From the human T2T-CHM13v2.0 reference genome, Homo sapiens: a DNA stretch of 64,000 bases. The stretch lies in the NCBI RefSeq assembly GCF_009914755.1, contig NC_060929.1; one strand, 5' to 3'. The notes beneath the pieces are model-generated. The model searched no databases. It worked only from the letters and a program-made list of their open reading frames with translations, and was not told where the DNA came from. Within the stretch, counting starts at the first letter, position 1. Each line of letters begins with the position of its first letter. Both the position numbers and the translations under genes were made by a program. Positions 15,477 to 32,663 of the stretch are shown here, in pieces.

Positions 15477-16799
15477 AAAATGGCAATCAATAAAGCACTT
15501 AATTTCAGCTGGCTCCACTTAGCCAGAGAACAGCTCGAAGACCTGTAGGTCTCGACTGCCTAGTTTTAGGTTAATGGCTGCACACACTCAGAAAGTCGAG
15601 TTCCTGCAGCTGGTTGAGTGGTAAGTTGAAGTGAGAATTAGGCAAATAAGTCAGCCCTTGCTCACATCTGCTCTTGTGGTCTGAGTGGGTGGATCTTCCT
15701 CTCCTCCCCAACCACTGCTCAGGAATAGTCAAGAACACAACGCCTGGGTGTAGAACTGCATCATTAAACCCACTGTGCTTGGCTCAGTGATGGGTATATG
15801 GCCCTAAGCTGGACCAATGGGCATCTTCCCCAAGACTCTTGACAGCTCTATCAAAAATTTGCTTTCTTCTCGTCTGAGATGGTAAGCAATATAAGTTTGG
15901 AGCTATGAGTTGTCTTCTTGCTGCCATGTCAGGAAAGAACCTGTCTAAAAAATGAAGTCAAACAGTGGTAAGAGGTATGGAGAAAGAGAGAGACAAGGTC
16001 CTAGTATTATTATTTGAACCTGTGGATTTAGCCATGCCTGAAGTCAGCCGCCTCAACTTTTCAACTACATGAGCCAATAATTTTCTTTTTTGCTCAAGCT
16101 AGTCTGAGTTAGAGGTCTGTCACTTGTGACTGAAAATATCTCAATCATGCAAAGGCCTCCTCCATTCTAGGCACTGTGCTAGCTGCTGGGATTATAAGAG
16201 TGGACAAAGACACATGTCATTCCTATCTTCACGGTACTTAGCATCTAGTGGGAAAGATGACAGTAAGCAAGTGAGCAAATACACATATACATAAAATATA
16301 ATAATTACACATTGATATTTGTAAACAATTGATGCTAAAAGAGAGAATGAGAAAGGAGGACTACTTTAGACAGCATGGTGGGGTAAGGCTCTCTTGAGTT
16401 GTTTTTTGAGCTGAGAGTTTGTGGTTGGTATGAAGAACAGAGGGAAGAAAGTTTCAGGTGGCAGAGACAGCCACCATTCTCAGGCTTGAAAGGCCTCTAT
16501 TCATTCCAGGACCTGAAAGAAGGCCTTCATTCATTCACCCATTCAACAAACATCTGTTAGACGGTGTCAAGTGCTAAGTACAAGGAGATAAAAGCAGCCC
16601 CTGGAGAGTTGATAAGAGACATTGAAAGCTATACAAATGTTTGAACCATGTTATTCAGCAATTCCACTTCTAGAAATTCAGTCAAAAGAAAATAACAGGA
16701 ATTTCTGCAAAAACATAGCTATCAGGATGTTCATTGAAGCGTTATTTATTTTTTTAACTCTAATTGAAGTGCCACAAACATACTAAAAGAGTGCACATA

Positions 16800-17095
16800 G
16801 ACCGGGTACGGTGGCTCACGCCTGTAATCCCAGCATTTTGGGAGGCCGAGGCAGGCGGATCACCTGAGGTCAGGAGTTAGAGACCAGCCTGGCCAACATG
16901 CCGAAACCCCATCTGTACTAAAAATACAAAAATTAGCCGGATGTGGTGGTGCATACCTGTAATCCCAGCTACTCAGGAGGCTGAGACAGGAAAATTACTT
17001 GAACCCAGGAGGCGGAGGTTGCAGTGAGCCGAGATCGTGTCACTGCCCTCCGGCCTGGGTGACAGAGCAAGACTCCGTCTCAAAAAAAAAAAAAA
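16800..17095 (+). mobile_element. AluS
   Basis: Full sense Alu. Confidence 0.95.
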
Positions 17096-18117
17096 GGATG
17101 TACATATCACAGTAAACAGTTCAACTATTTTCACGGCCTGAACACACCCACATTATCGAAAAAGAAAAGAGAACATGCCCTGCACTCCAGAAGTCCCCTT
17201 TTGCCACCTTCTAGTCACAAATCCCCCTTTAAGCAAGGGTAACTACTAGCCTGACTTCTAATAATATAGATTAATTTTGCCTCTTTTTACTTTATATAAA
17301 TAGAATCATCCAGTATGTAACTTGGGGGAAAGGGATATGGGAAGGTCTTGGCTTCTTTTGCTTAAGTTTTGTGTTTGTGAGATTTCACTATATCGTTTAT
17401 GTAGTTATAGATTGTCTGTTCTGCATAGTATTCCATTATCAGAATGAACCACAGTTTAGTCATCCGTTCTACCATTTATAGATATTTGGGTTGTCTCTAG
17501 ACTGAGACTATTACAAACAGTGCTGTTGTGAGCATTCTTTTGGTTAATATATATTTGCATTTCTTTTAGGTATATACCTAGGACTGACATTGCTGAGTCA
17601 TAGTATATGATCAGCTTTAAAAGATATTGTTAAACAGTCCAAGAAAATGGTTGTATCCATTCATACCTCAATCAACTTTGTAAGAGAGTTCTGGTTTCTT
17701 CACATGGTTGATAACACTTGACATTTTCCATTTTTAAAAAAAATTTAGCCATCTGGTGGGTTTGTGTTGGTACTGACTTTTGGTTTCAACTTTCATTTTC
17801 CTGATAGTGAATAAGATGATTAGTGAAAATCTTGTCATCTCTTTGTTGGCCATTAGATATCCCCTTTCCCAAGGAGCCTGTTCAAGTCTGTTTTCCATTT
17901 TTCAAGTGGGCAAGCTGTTTTTTTCTGTTGGTTTGCAGGAGTTCTTTAAATATCCTGGCTACAAGCCTTTGGTCAGTCATATATATGAAAATATATTCTT
18001 CCACTTTACAGGGTACGTCCTTACTCTCCTTTGATACAAAGCAATTCTTAACATTAATATCTTAGAATTCATCATTTTTATGAGCACTACTTTTTGTATC
18101 CTATTTAAGAAATTGTT

Positions 18118-18390
18118 GGCCAGGTGCTGTGGCTCATGCCTGTAATACCAGCACTTTAGAGGCCAAAGCAGACAGACCTCTTGAGCCCGGGAGCTTGAGA
18201 CCAGCCTGGGCAACATGGCAAAACTCCGTCTCTACAAAAAAATACAAAAATTAGTTGGTCATGGTGGCCCAGGAGGATCACTTGAGCCCGAGAGGCAGAG
18301 GTTGTAGTGAGCCAAGATCACGCCACTGCACTCCAGCCTAGATGACAGAGCGAGACCTTGTCTCAAAAGAAAAGAAAAGAAAAGAAAAGA
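18118..18390 (+). mobile_element. AluJ with internal deletion
   Basis: TSD AAGAAATTGTT. Confidence 0.9.
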
Positions 18391-18539
18391 AATTGTTTCC
18401 CACCCCAGGAGCAGAAAAATATTCTCCTATGTTTTTCTCAAAAAACTTTACTACATTCATTTTACATTTAGATCTATAACCTATCTGAAATTTATCTTTA
18501 TGACGTGAGGTAGAGATCAAGATAATTTTTTCCATATGG

Positions 18540-19370
<831 letters not shown>

Positions 19371-19389
19371 CCATATATGGAGAAAGTGT

Positions 19390-20285
<896 letters not shown>

Positions 20286-20362
20286 ACTCACCATATAGAT
20301 AACTGACTGATCCAGCATCATCTAATGAAGAGACCATTCTTTGTAGTGTCTAGTCTTTTTCA

Positions 20363-20746
<384 letters not shown>

Positions 20747-23204
20747 TTAAAAACCACCAAAATTTCTAATAAAAGTTTGATTAATAGACCATGATATATT
20801 TCGTCCACATGACAGAGTAATAGACAACCCATAAAAATTATGTGGAAAATATCTAGTAACATGAAAACGTTTTCACAGTAGATTACTAAGTGAAAAATAT
20901 GAGTTTAAAATTGTACATTCAATTATATTCTACTTGTGTAAAATGTGAGTATTATGTGTATCTGCATTGTTAAAAGACTGTTTAAAAATGCCTTTGGGAG
21001 AGAGAGGATTACAGGTGTTCAACAACTTTTTTGTGTGTTTTTAAAATTTTCTACAGAGAAATTGCCAACAAATTTCCTATAGAGAGATCATATTAGTTTA
21101 TACACATACATATTCATACACATTTTTTTCCTTAAAATAGAGATGAGGTCTTGCTATGTTGTCCAGGCAGGCCTCAAACTCCTGGCTTCAAGTGATCCTT
21201 CCTCCTCAGCCTCCTAAACTTCTAGGATTACAAGTATGAGCCTCCATACCTGGTCCACATACTTTTTAAATTAAAAAAAAAAAAACAGTCCCTGTGTTGA
21301 AGGAATTTATAGGAGACAGGGTGTAGACAAATAAGAATGCTGTAACATTAGAGACTATATATTCAGGACCCTTTAGAGACCCAATGGAAACCATCTTAAC
21401 ACAGAAGGGAAGATATTGGCTCATGGACTTTGATTGGCCTTGCTTGGGTTATATGCCATCCTTGGATCAATTACAAAAGACAGAATATGGCATTCTAGGC
21501 CAAAATCAGGAGCCTATGCTACAAGCCCTGCCTGTTGTCAGCACCCTGTGGCAAGGGGTGGGAGACGGCAAGATCTTCCCCCTTTTCCCAAAAAAGGGTG
21601 CCAGAAGAAGGGGGATGAGGAAGGTAATTGTGGGAGACCAAGCATGAAGCAGTTAGTTTTGCCTGGAGGAGAGGGGCAAAGGCACAGAGGAAGTGATACT
21701 CATGCTGAGTGTTCAAAGACGGAGAGGTGTTTCCAGGCAGCTAGCGTCAGGAGGGCATCTGTAGAGGAAGAGGGGGAGTGTTATGAGCAATGGGGAAGGG
21801 AGCCAGAGAGATAGTCAGAGGCGAGATCTGGATGTGGCTTCTGGGTCAGGTGAAGGTGTTGAGCCTTCATTCTGAGGGTCATGGGGAGCCCCCAAAATAA
21901 AGATGAGGACATGTGTGTTTGGTTGCCTTTGCTTCTGCAGCAAAATACAGTGCCTGGCAAACACTTTTACAAGCAATGATAGTAATAATATGGCTGCCTC
22001 CTGCACTAGACTCTATGACTCTCTGATGGCCATGAGGAGGACGGATTTGGGGGCTTTTGACAATAGCCTCCACTAAACCAGTGTGTTTCCAATGTTTTTG
22101 ACTGTGATCCTCAGTAGGAAATACATTTTACATTACAATTCAACTAAATTTCACTGAATTATGTTAAAAAAAATCCCCGCCCTAGACTACCAACTCCATC
22201 TTGGCAGTGACCATGACTTATAACTCTTGATAATTACCATAGGTTTGATGTCTGGTGAACTGTCTCATGGTGGGCCCATAATATTACTGTTACTACTAAA
22301 TTCATATTTACTGAATGAACAGGTGCAGATGTCGATAAATGATTCAAAATATTTGCAAACTACAGAGAGTTATACAGGTGCGAACAATTGATGTTGGCAA
22401 CTAACTCAGACCCATATTGATGAGCCTGTATGTTAGACCAATTGCCGGAGCAGGCAGCGGGAGGTGATGCTGAGGGCAGAGGAAGGGGGTAGAGGGAATT
22501 TACTGCCCATGGAGGGTGGTTCTCCATGCACCACATTTCAATGATTCATGCTACTTCCTGGGCCACAGTTCTCCTCCATAACCGCACATCCTTTTTCACA
22601 GACTGTGAGTGATTTCAATAGTATATGAAAACTATGACTCAGAGGCTGGAAATCAAAGGGTTTTCTTTGAAGGCCGGAAAAATTTCATCTCAAAGAAAGT
22701 GCAACAAACGCACAAGGTAGTCTTTTTCTCTGAATAGAGACATGGGTTTAAAACTAGGAATAGTAAATGACACAGGCACAGAGACGGGAAAAAAGCCACT
22801 GTTGTAGATATCTTGAAAGTGCATTTGGCTCACGGAGGGTCTCCAGGGACCACTTAAGCCCATCATTTCCATCCCACCTATTGAAGCTTATTGATTAGTA
22901 CAGTCGCAAAACCCTTCCCATGTGTTCTCTGTAACCAAAGTTCTCTAAGTAAAAAGCAAAGCCCAGGAAACAGCTTTAAAAGGAGAAGTTTACCTAAAGA
23001 TGAGAAATACTAACTGGGGCTGAGCACTGGCTTCCTCCCAATGTCAATATTCCTGCAAGGTTTAAGGATTGGGATCCCATTTGAAGAAGCACTTGTCGGA
23101 AGAAATAATGATTTTCTGTCTTTTTCAAGGAGTCGGAAACCTTTGTGATGAACAAAGTCATAATTAAAGACCTTTAGTTCAGGATTGCACTAACAGTTTG
23201 ATAG

Positions 23205-23590
<386 letters not shown>

Positions 23591-23718
23591 TACATGGATC
23601 CCTTTTCATTCAACAGACAAGCAGACAATTAAGATAATATTCTAAAAAGGCCTTAGAGTTCCAGATTAAGGAACCCTGGGACCAGGCTGACTTAGGCTAA
23701 ATTCCACTCTCTCCCCCA

Positions 23719-24588
<870 letters not shown>

Positions 24589-24676
24589 AGAAAATGGATC
24601 AGCCACTTCTTGGCTCCCTTTTTGCTGTCTTTCGTAAGGTACTTGTTCTTGCCAACCACCATGTTGCTGCTCAGAA
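24589..24676 (-). pseudogene. RPS3A processed pseudogene, 5' part (short 5' UTR and start codon)
   Basis: ATG at 24662-24660 reads [19 protein letters not shown], versus RPS3A MAVGKNKRLTKGGKKGAKK. Confidence 0.9.
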
Positions 24677-24795
24677 TGATCTTTTCAATAAACGGTACTG
24701 AAAGAACTGGACAGCCATATGAAAAAAATGAACTTCGACCTTTAGCTCACATCATACACAAAAATTAATTTGAAATAAATAATAGAGACAAAAGT

Positions 24796-25891
24796 TGTGA
24801 AAATAAATACATTCAAAAGCTGTTGGAACCCCCAAAGCACTTTTTTTTTCTGGCAAAGTCCCACCTCAGCCTCCGAGTAGCTGGGACTATAGGTGCGCAC
24901 CACCACACCTGGCTAATTTTTGTATTTTTTTGTAGAGACAGGGTTTCGCCATGTTGCCCAGGCTGGTCTTGAGTTCCTGAGCACAAGCAATCAGCCCACC
25001 TTGGCTTTCCAGCATGCTGGGATTATAGGTATGTGCCACCACACCTGGCTTCCAAAAAGACTTTAAACCTTGAGAGAGAACTGGTGATCTGAGTCACTTA
25101 GCATGTAGTTGCAACTTCTGCTTCTTAGATTATAGATCAACTCTCTTTTCTCATTGTTCTTGTGCTATAAATGACTGGGAGAGACCAGAGACCAGATGTC
25201 CTCCCCTTCTAATCACTGACCTTTGTTATAGATTGTCTCCTGCATTATTCTGTACCTAACTCAAACCAGATGGCGCAAAAGACCTCATGACTGTTTCATC
25301 TTCAGTATGGAATGTTCAGTATATCTTTCCTGAAAGAAAAAGATGACCTTCACCAATCAGACCATTGTAATTATGCATTAAGCCTTACATAAGGCCGGGC
25401 ATGGTGGCTCACAGCAGGAATCCTAGCACTTTGGGAAACCAAGGTGGGATAATCACTGGAGCCCAGGAGTTTAAGGCCAGCCTGGGCAACACGGCGAAGC
25501 CCTGTGTCTATAAAAAATTGACTGGGTATGATGGCACACACCTGCAGTCCCAGCTACTCAGCAGACTGAGGTGGGAGGATCACCTGATCTCAGGAGGTCG
25601 AGCCTGTAGTGAACGCTGATGGTGCCACTGCATTCCAGCCTAGGTTGCAGAATGAAAGTCTGTCTCAGGAAAAAAAAAAAAAAAAAAGCCTTGTATAAAA
25701 AAAGTTAAAATTCTGATTTTTTCTCCTAAACTTTGTCTATGTAAACCACCCCAAACTTCTGCACTTCAGAGCACAACAGTACAATTCCATCTTTCAAATT
25801 TGTGCTTCCTGGGTGGCTGTCCTCAAGCTTTGTGCTCAAAAAAACTCTACATTTAATCATATTTTCTAAATTTTATTATTTTAGGTTGACA
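24796..25891 (+). mobile_element. Solo ERV1-class LTR (LTR26-like) containing two Alus
   Basis: TGTGA...TTGACA termini. TSD AAGT at 24792-24795 and 25892-25895. Confidence 0.75.
25393..25687 (+). mobile_element. AluJ inside LTR
   Basis: TSD approximately AAGCCTT..ATA. Confidence 0.9.
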
Positions 25892-26459
25892 AAGTAAAGG
25901 CTAAAACTATAAAACTTCTAGAAAAAAAATAGGAGAAAATGTTCACAAACTACAGTCTTATGGTAGACAAAGATTTCCTGGACAGGACACAAAAGTATAA
26001 ACCATAAGAGAGAGAAAAAAAAGATAAATTAGACTTCATTAAAATTTAAAAATTGCCTGTACTTTGAAAGGTACTATTAAGAAACTGAAAAGGCAGGCCA
26101 CAGTCTGGAAGAAAATATTTGCAATGCAAATATTAGATAAAGGACTTGTACCCAACATACATAAAGAACTCTTAAAATTCAATGAAAGAAGGCAACTCAC
26201 AAAAAAAAAAAAAAAAAAAAAAAAGAAGAAGAAGATTTGAACAAACCCTTCAAAAAAGATGATATATGAATGGCCAGCAAATACATGAAAAATGTTCAAC
26301 ATTATTAGTTATCACGGAATTGTAAAGTAAGGCCACTGTGAGATATCACTTAGAAGAATATTCAGCTTTAGAAAACAGTTTGGCAGTTTATTTATCCCTT
26401 ACCCTATGACCCAGCAATTCAACTCCTAGGTATTTACTAGCCTGAGAGAAATGAATCAC

Positions 26460-26759
26460 CTAAGCCCTTTATTTAGCTTCTCACAAGTTCACTGATTCAC
26501 TCTGTGACACTGGCCAGGTTCTTCCCATCTCTGGCCCTGTTTTCCATCTGTGGAAAGCAGATGTATGGGTTGGGCTAGGTCAGGGATGGCAAACGACGTT
26601 TGTCTTCAGTACAAACTCCTTATCACTGCCAGGGACTGCCCAGACTACCTCTGTGATGAGAAGGAATGTCTGATAGAAAGTGAGAGCTCTGTGACCCACT
26701 AACAATGTCTGCTAGAGACATGAGAATGACCCAGAAAGGCCACATACTTCCTATATGCT
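26460..26759 (+). repeat. Local duplication copy 1 (MIR-like plus MER117-like content)
   Basis: About 90% identical to 30092-30398 by manual alignment. Confidence 0.92.
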
Positions 26760-27154
26760 ATATGCCCACAAAAAGATTTGTGCATGAATGTGCATAGCAA
26801 CTGTATTCATAGCAATCGAAAACTGGCAATAACTCAAATTCCAGATAGATTGTGGTACATCCACACAATAGTTTATTACCCAGTAATATGAAAACTATTA
26901 ATATATGCAACAACATTGATGATTCCTTTCTTTATATTGAGTGAAGGAAACCAGAAACAACTCTATGAGTCAACGTATGTGAAACTGCCGGAAAAGGCAA
27001 AACTAAGCTATACTGACAGGAAGATCTGTGGTTGCCTGGGGCTGGGGTGAGAGAGGGGACTGGCTGGAGGTGGCAGGAGACTTCTGAGGGAATGGAAATG
27101 TTCTAAATTTTGATTGGGGCAGGTGCAGACGTTTGTCAACATTCACCAAGTTGT

Positions 27155-27690
<536 letters not shown>

Positions 27691-29409
27691 TCAGGCGCGC
27701 TCGGAGAGGCTGGCCAATTGCTTCTCAGATCCCCTATTAGAAATTTGACCACGGGCCTAACGGGAACAGGGCTGCCACGGAGCATGGAGAGAGGGCCTGG
27801 AGCCCAGGACAGATCATTGCTGACTTGGTTCTGAGTTCTCCATAAAAAACCTCATGGCCTTTCTCCTCCTCCAGACTCACGTGCCCCACCTCACTTCCTT
27901 AAGAATCTAGGCTCACAGCACGCAGGCAGGCAGCCATCAACCCCGAGCCCCCTTCCCCTTCTCCTTCGGGGAGAAAGCACTAGATGGAATAAGTCCCGTC
28001 AGTCCCAGCGTTCAGACATTCTCCTAAGTACTGTTCTTTTAAAAAGCTGGAAAGTTGGGTTAAGGAGTTTGGGGCTATTATTAGTGCCAAACACTATAAA
28101 AAGGAAATGCCACTGATAATCTTAGATGGCTGTATTTTCATACGGGGATAATTCAAGCTTCCTTCTTAGAGTTCTCAGTCATAAGAAACCCTTCATTAAA
28201 ATACTCCCTCGGGCCATAGCCTCAAACCTAGCATTGCTCAAATCCTTTGGGACTATTCAAGTCAGGACTGACCGGGAGAACTCAGCTGGCATTTTTTAGC
28301 CCATTTTTATGGCTGCCTCCTTCTGAGTTTCTCGTGTTGTTCTACCAGAGGAAAATAACGAATGATTCAACCTATGCACAAATATTTATTTGCACTGCTT
28401 ACATGGAGGCGGCATAGCAAAGGGCCTTAGGGGGCAGGCTCTTGTCAGGCTTAGCTGAGCTCTGTCCCTGTGTGGCATCAGGTAAGTTGCTCTTCCTTTC
28501 TGAGCTTCCCCTACAAAATGAGCTGTCAACCCTAGGAGCTGATGCCTGGTGCCTACCACTTAGTAAACTCTACACGAATATTAATTTGTTATTACTATCA
28601 CTGTTATGCATTCAGTTACATCCACCATGGATACAGCAAAAATGCCATTTCACCCTTGAGAATCCTACATTCCACCTTGCTACACAAAGCATACAGACAG
28701 GAGAATAAGAGAACAGCAGAAGTGATGATACCCTACCCCGTGATGAAGAAGCTGCTAAAAGGCATCTCCTTTCATCTTTCATACACTGCAGGTCCTGTGC
28801 TTTGAGTGTTATTGAGAAGCAATGTGTCAATATGTGTCAAAAGTCCTTAAAATGTGTTTGCCCTTTGACCCAGATTCCCTCTAGAAATTTTCATAAGAAA
28901 ACAATTACATTTGTGAGCAGAGATTTCTCCTGGATATTACTGAGAGTAACAAAAATTTGGTAACAGTCTGTCTGAATGACTAACAACGGAAGTTAAATAC
29001 ATATTTAGACATTATGATTGATGAACATTTATGCAAAGCAGGTCACAAAACAATATGTGCAGTGTAGGTCCATTTCGAGGGTATGACCTGAAGTACAATT
29101 TTTAAATCGATACATAATAATTGTGCATATTTATGGGGTACATATAATTTGATACAGGCTTATAACGTGTGATGATCAAATCTGGGTAATTGGCATATCC
29201 ATCACCTCAAACATTTATCATTTCTTTGTGTTGGGAACATTTCAAATTTTCTCTTCTAGCTATTTTGAAATATACAATAAATTATTGTTAACTGTAGTCA
29301 CTCTACTTTACTATTGAACACTAGAACTTATTCCCTTCTATCTAACTGTATGTTCAGACCCATTAGACAACCTCTGTTCATCCCCCCCTTCCCCACAAAT
29401 AGTGGTTTG

Positions 29410-29742
<333 letters not shown>

Positions 29743-30091
29743 TGAAATCGTGTTTTTGTTAAGGATTTATTGTAACCAGAAATTCTAAGAAGGAAGCTTC
29801 AATTATTTCCATATTACAGATAATATCTATATACATATATATATATATAGAAAAGGTATATAGACCTTACTCACCAATGGTTTTATTATGTGTGAGTATT
29901 TGAGTGGGTTTTTTTTTTCATTTCATTTATTTGTACTTCTATAGAGTGAGTATTGCTTTTAGATAAGGAAAAAAAACAGAAAATTAGGAAAAGCCAATTC
30001 AAATAATCTAGAAAACCGAAAGAGAGAACAAATACAGCACAATAGGCAAAGTAAGCAGTAATATTGTTTTTCCTTGACATTTGTAAGAATT

Positions 30092-30398
30092 CTAGGCCTT
30101 TTATTTAGCTTCCCACAAATTCACTGATTCATTCTGTGGCATTGGCCGGGTTCTTCCCATCTCTGGCCCTGTTTTCTATCTGTGGAAAGCAGATGCATGA
30201 GTTGGGCTAGGTCAGGGACGGCAAACGACTTTTATCTTGAGTACGAACCCCTTATCACTGCCCGGGACTGCCCAGACCACCTCTGTGATGAGAAGGAATG
30301 TCTGATAGAAGGTGAGAGCTCTGTGACCCACTAACAATGTCTGCTAGAGACATGAGAATGAGGAATGACCTAGAAAGGCTATCCACTTCCTGTATACT
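30092..30398 (+). repeat. Local duplication copy 2 (probable donor)
   Basis: About 90% identical to 26460-26759, with 7 extra bp. Confidence 0.92.
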
Positions 30399-30769
30399 CC
30401 ATAATGTAAAGGGCTCTTACAACTCTATGAATCTGGCACATCTTTAAGCAAAAATATTAATCTGAATTTGGAAAGTCATAGGGGTTGGGGGTACCTAACT
30501 ACATGTATTCATTTTTGGTTAGGTTGCACTGAATGACTAATTTTCCATCTTACTTCACAGACCCCAAGACATAACTTAGGATTTACTAAAGCAGAAAATG
30601 GCCATGGTGGTGGTGTCTCAATTGTATTTGCACCCATTATGTCCAAGCCCAAGGACAAAGAATAGATCTGCAGCTGTTGTTTCAGCCTCTTCAACCTGAA
30701 ACAATCTGAAAGCTACAGCTGTTGCAGGCATAAACCTGATCCTGGCTTTGTCCTTGGTTTATGTCTCAT

Positions 30770-31360
30770 GTTTTGGGGAACTCCGAAAGCCACTCTACTG
30801 GGGTTGATTCAGAGAAGGCCACATTTATTCATTACCCTCCTGGAAAGCAGAAGTGCTAAATGCACATTTGTTAGTGGACTTTCCAGCATGGAGTGGGATC
30901 CATTCCTGTCTTGACTCAAGGCCCACAGAGGAGAGATGACATGCCTAAAGTCACGCATGAAGTTCAATCTACACCCAGCTTTGCCTGCAGGCAAGCAAAC
31001 ATGGATTCTTTGGTAAAAATCCACATCAGGTTGTCAGCAGCTTGTTATTTGGAGGAAGGGGCAGTCTGAAGGGCTTGACTGTATCTCAGCTGAACCACAC
31101 TAATCTACCATAGCTTCCACAGAGAACAGCAGGCTGTTTTCAGGGATCTCAGCAACAGCTGTGCCTTCAAACCAAGACACTTCAGAAAAATGATCCGAAA
31201 GTGGGCCGGGTGTTTCAGCAGGATTTGGTGGGACTTTCCTACTCAAATGGCCCTTTGTGTGCTTTTAAAAGACAGGGCATTAACCTCGTGCGTGGCTAAA
31301 GCATGATGGATGACTTGGAATTCTCCATTTACATTTGGCTGGTGGCCACAGAGGAACCGT
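30770..31360. promoter_or_regulatory. Candidate enhancer with NF-kB/AP-1/ETS motifs
   Basis: GGGACTTTCC 31230-31239, GGGGAACTCC 30775-30784, TGGACTTTCC 30875-30884 and TGACTCA 30912-30918, in repeat-poor DNA. Confidence 0.45.
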
Positions 31361-32588
31361 CAAAACGCCTGGGTATCGGATGGACAGTACCTGGCTTGTT
31401 CAGACTTGTTTCTGATGGAGTGAGTGGATCCCGAGGCTTTTGCTCTGCCCAGGTTTGATAAACTAAACATGGCCAGGCTGTTAGAAAGCTGACTCCAGGG
31501 TTCCTCTCACTGCAGCAAAATTCAGTGTCCTGAATCCATAGCCTCTTTAATCATCTTTGTTTATATTCAGCATCTTTATCTACTTCAGGGTTACTCTGAT
31601 CTCTGCCCATTTGTTGCAAGATGTGTGTGGTCCTACCCAAGACTTGGGCAGCAGGAGCACAGGGCCTGTGCTCATGTAGCTTCTACCCAGCTCCATGAAA
31701 TCACCTGCTTGATCCTTTTACCTTCTCAGTAAGATGCTTGGCAAGTGAGAGTGAATCTGGATCCGTCAGTTCTCCGGACAATCTTGTCAGGCCAGAGGGA
31801 GTCAGAAGTTGACCTTCTGCACCATGCTGGCACCATTATGTGAGAGTATGCAGCACTCTCAGGCAGGAGCTAGCTAGCGTAAATTATTAGGTTCTTTTCT
31901 GGCAGACCTGGGTCCTGCTCTTCCGTTTAAGAGGAGCTGTTTACGTCAATTGCTCCTCACTGGGCCTCAGTTTGTTCACCTTTCACTTGTGTTTTTCATG
32001 AAGCTCAAAGGAGAAAGCAAAGTGTTCTGAATGACTTTATACAAACATGAGGAGGTGGTAGTGGCCAGTACCCTCCTAACAATTGTCTCATCACATCTTG
32101 AGGAGAGAGAGAAGCTAAACACTAGTGCAAGTGGATACTTAAGTAAGATAAACTTATTTCCCTTCTAATCATTTTTTCAAGCTTGGCCTTGTTCTAGCAG
32201 CTTGGAGGATTTCAGCTGGGTGTCCCAGAGACATATAAAATAGAGCAGAGAGGGGAGGCATTGATCTATTGCTAATAACACAAGAGGGAAATACTGGAAC
32301 ATAACTACTGCTAATAATAATGACAAACACATTAGTATTTATTATCACCCAATACTGTGTATAATCATTAACCTTCCACAGCAATCCTGTGAGGTATGTA
32401 CAATTATTATTCTTATTGTACGGAGAACTGAAGTTTGGAGAGGCGAAGTTACTTACACAGTGTCACACAGCCCTAAAAGTGATGGAGCCAGGAGTCTTTC
32501 CTAGATATGCCTGATCCCAAAGCTGATAGGTGAAAAATGTGCAGTATGAAAAGCATTCCCTGGGCTTCAAGATGATGACTGGCTTCTT

Positions 32589-32663
32589 TTTCTTCTTCTT
32601 CTTCTTTTTTTTTTTAATCATTATCAGGCAGCCTCCCAGCCAGAGTAGGCTCAGGGACTTCCT
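32589..32663 (-). mobile_element. Short retroposed insertion: 48-nt hairpin body plus poly(A)-derived tail
   Basis: 13-bp direct repeats TGACTGGCTTCTT at 32576-32588 and 32664-32676 flank a T-rich tail and a 48-bp body. Confidence 0.8.
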
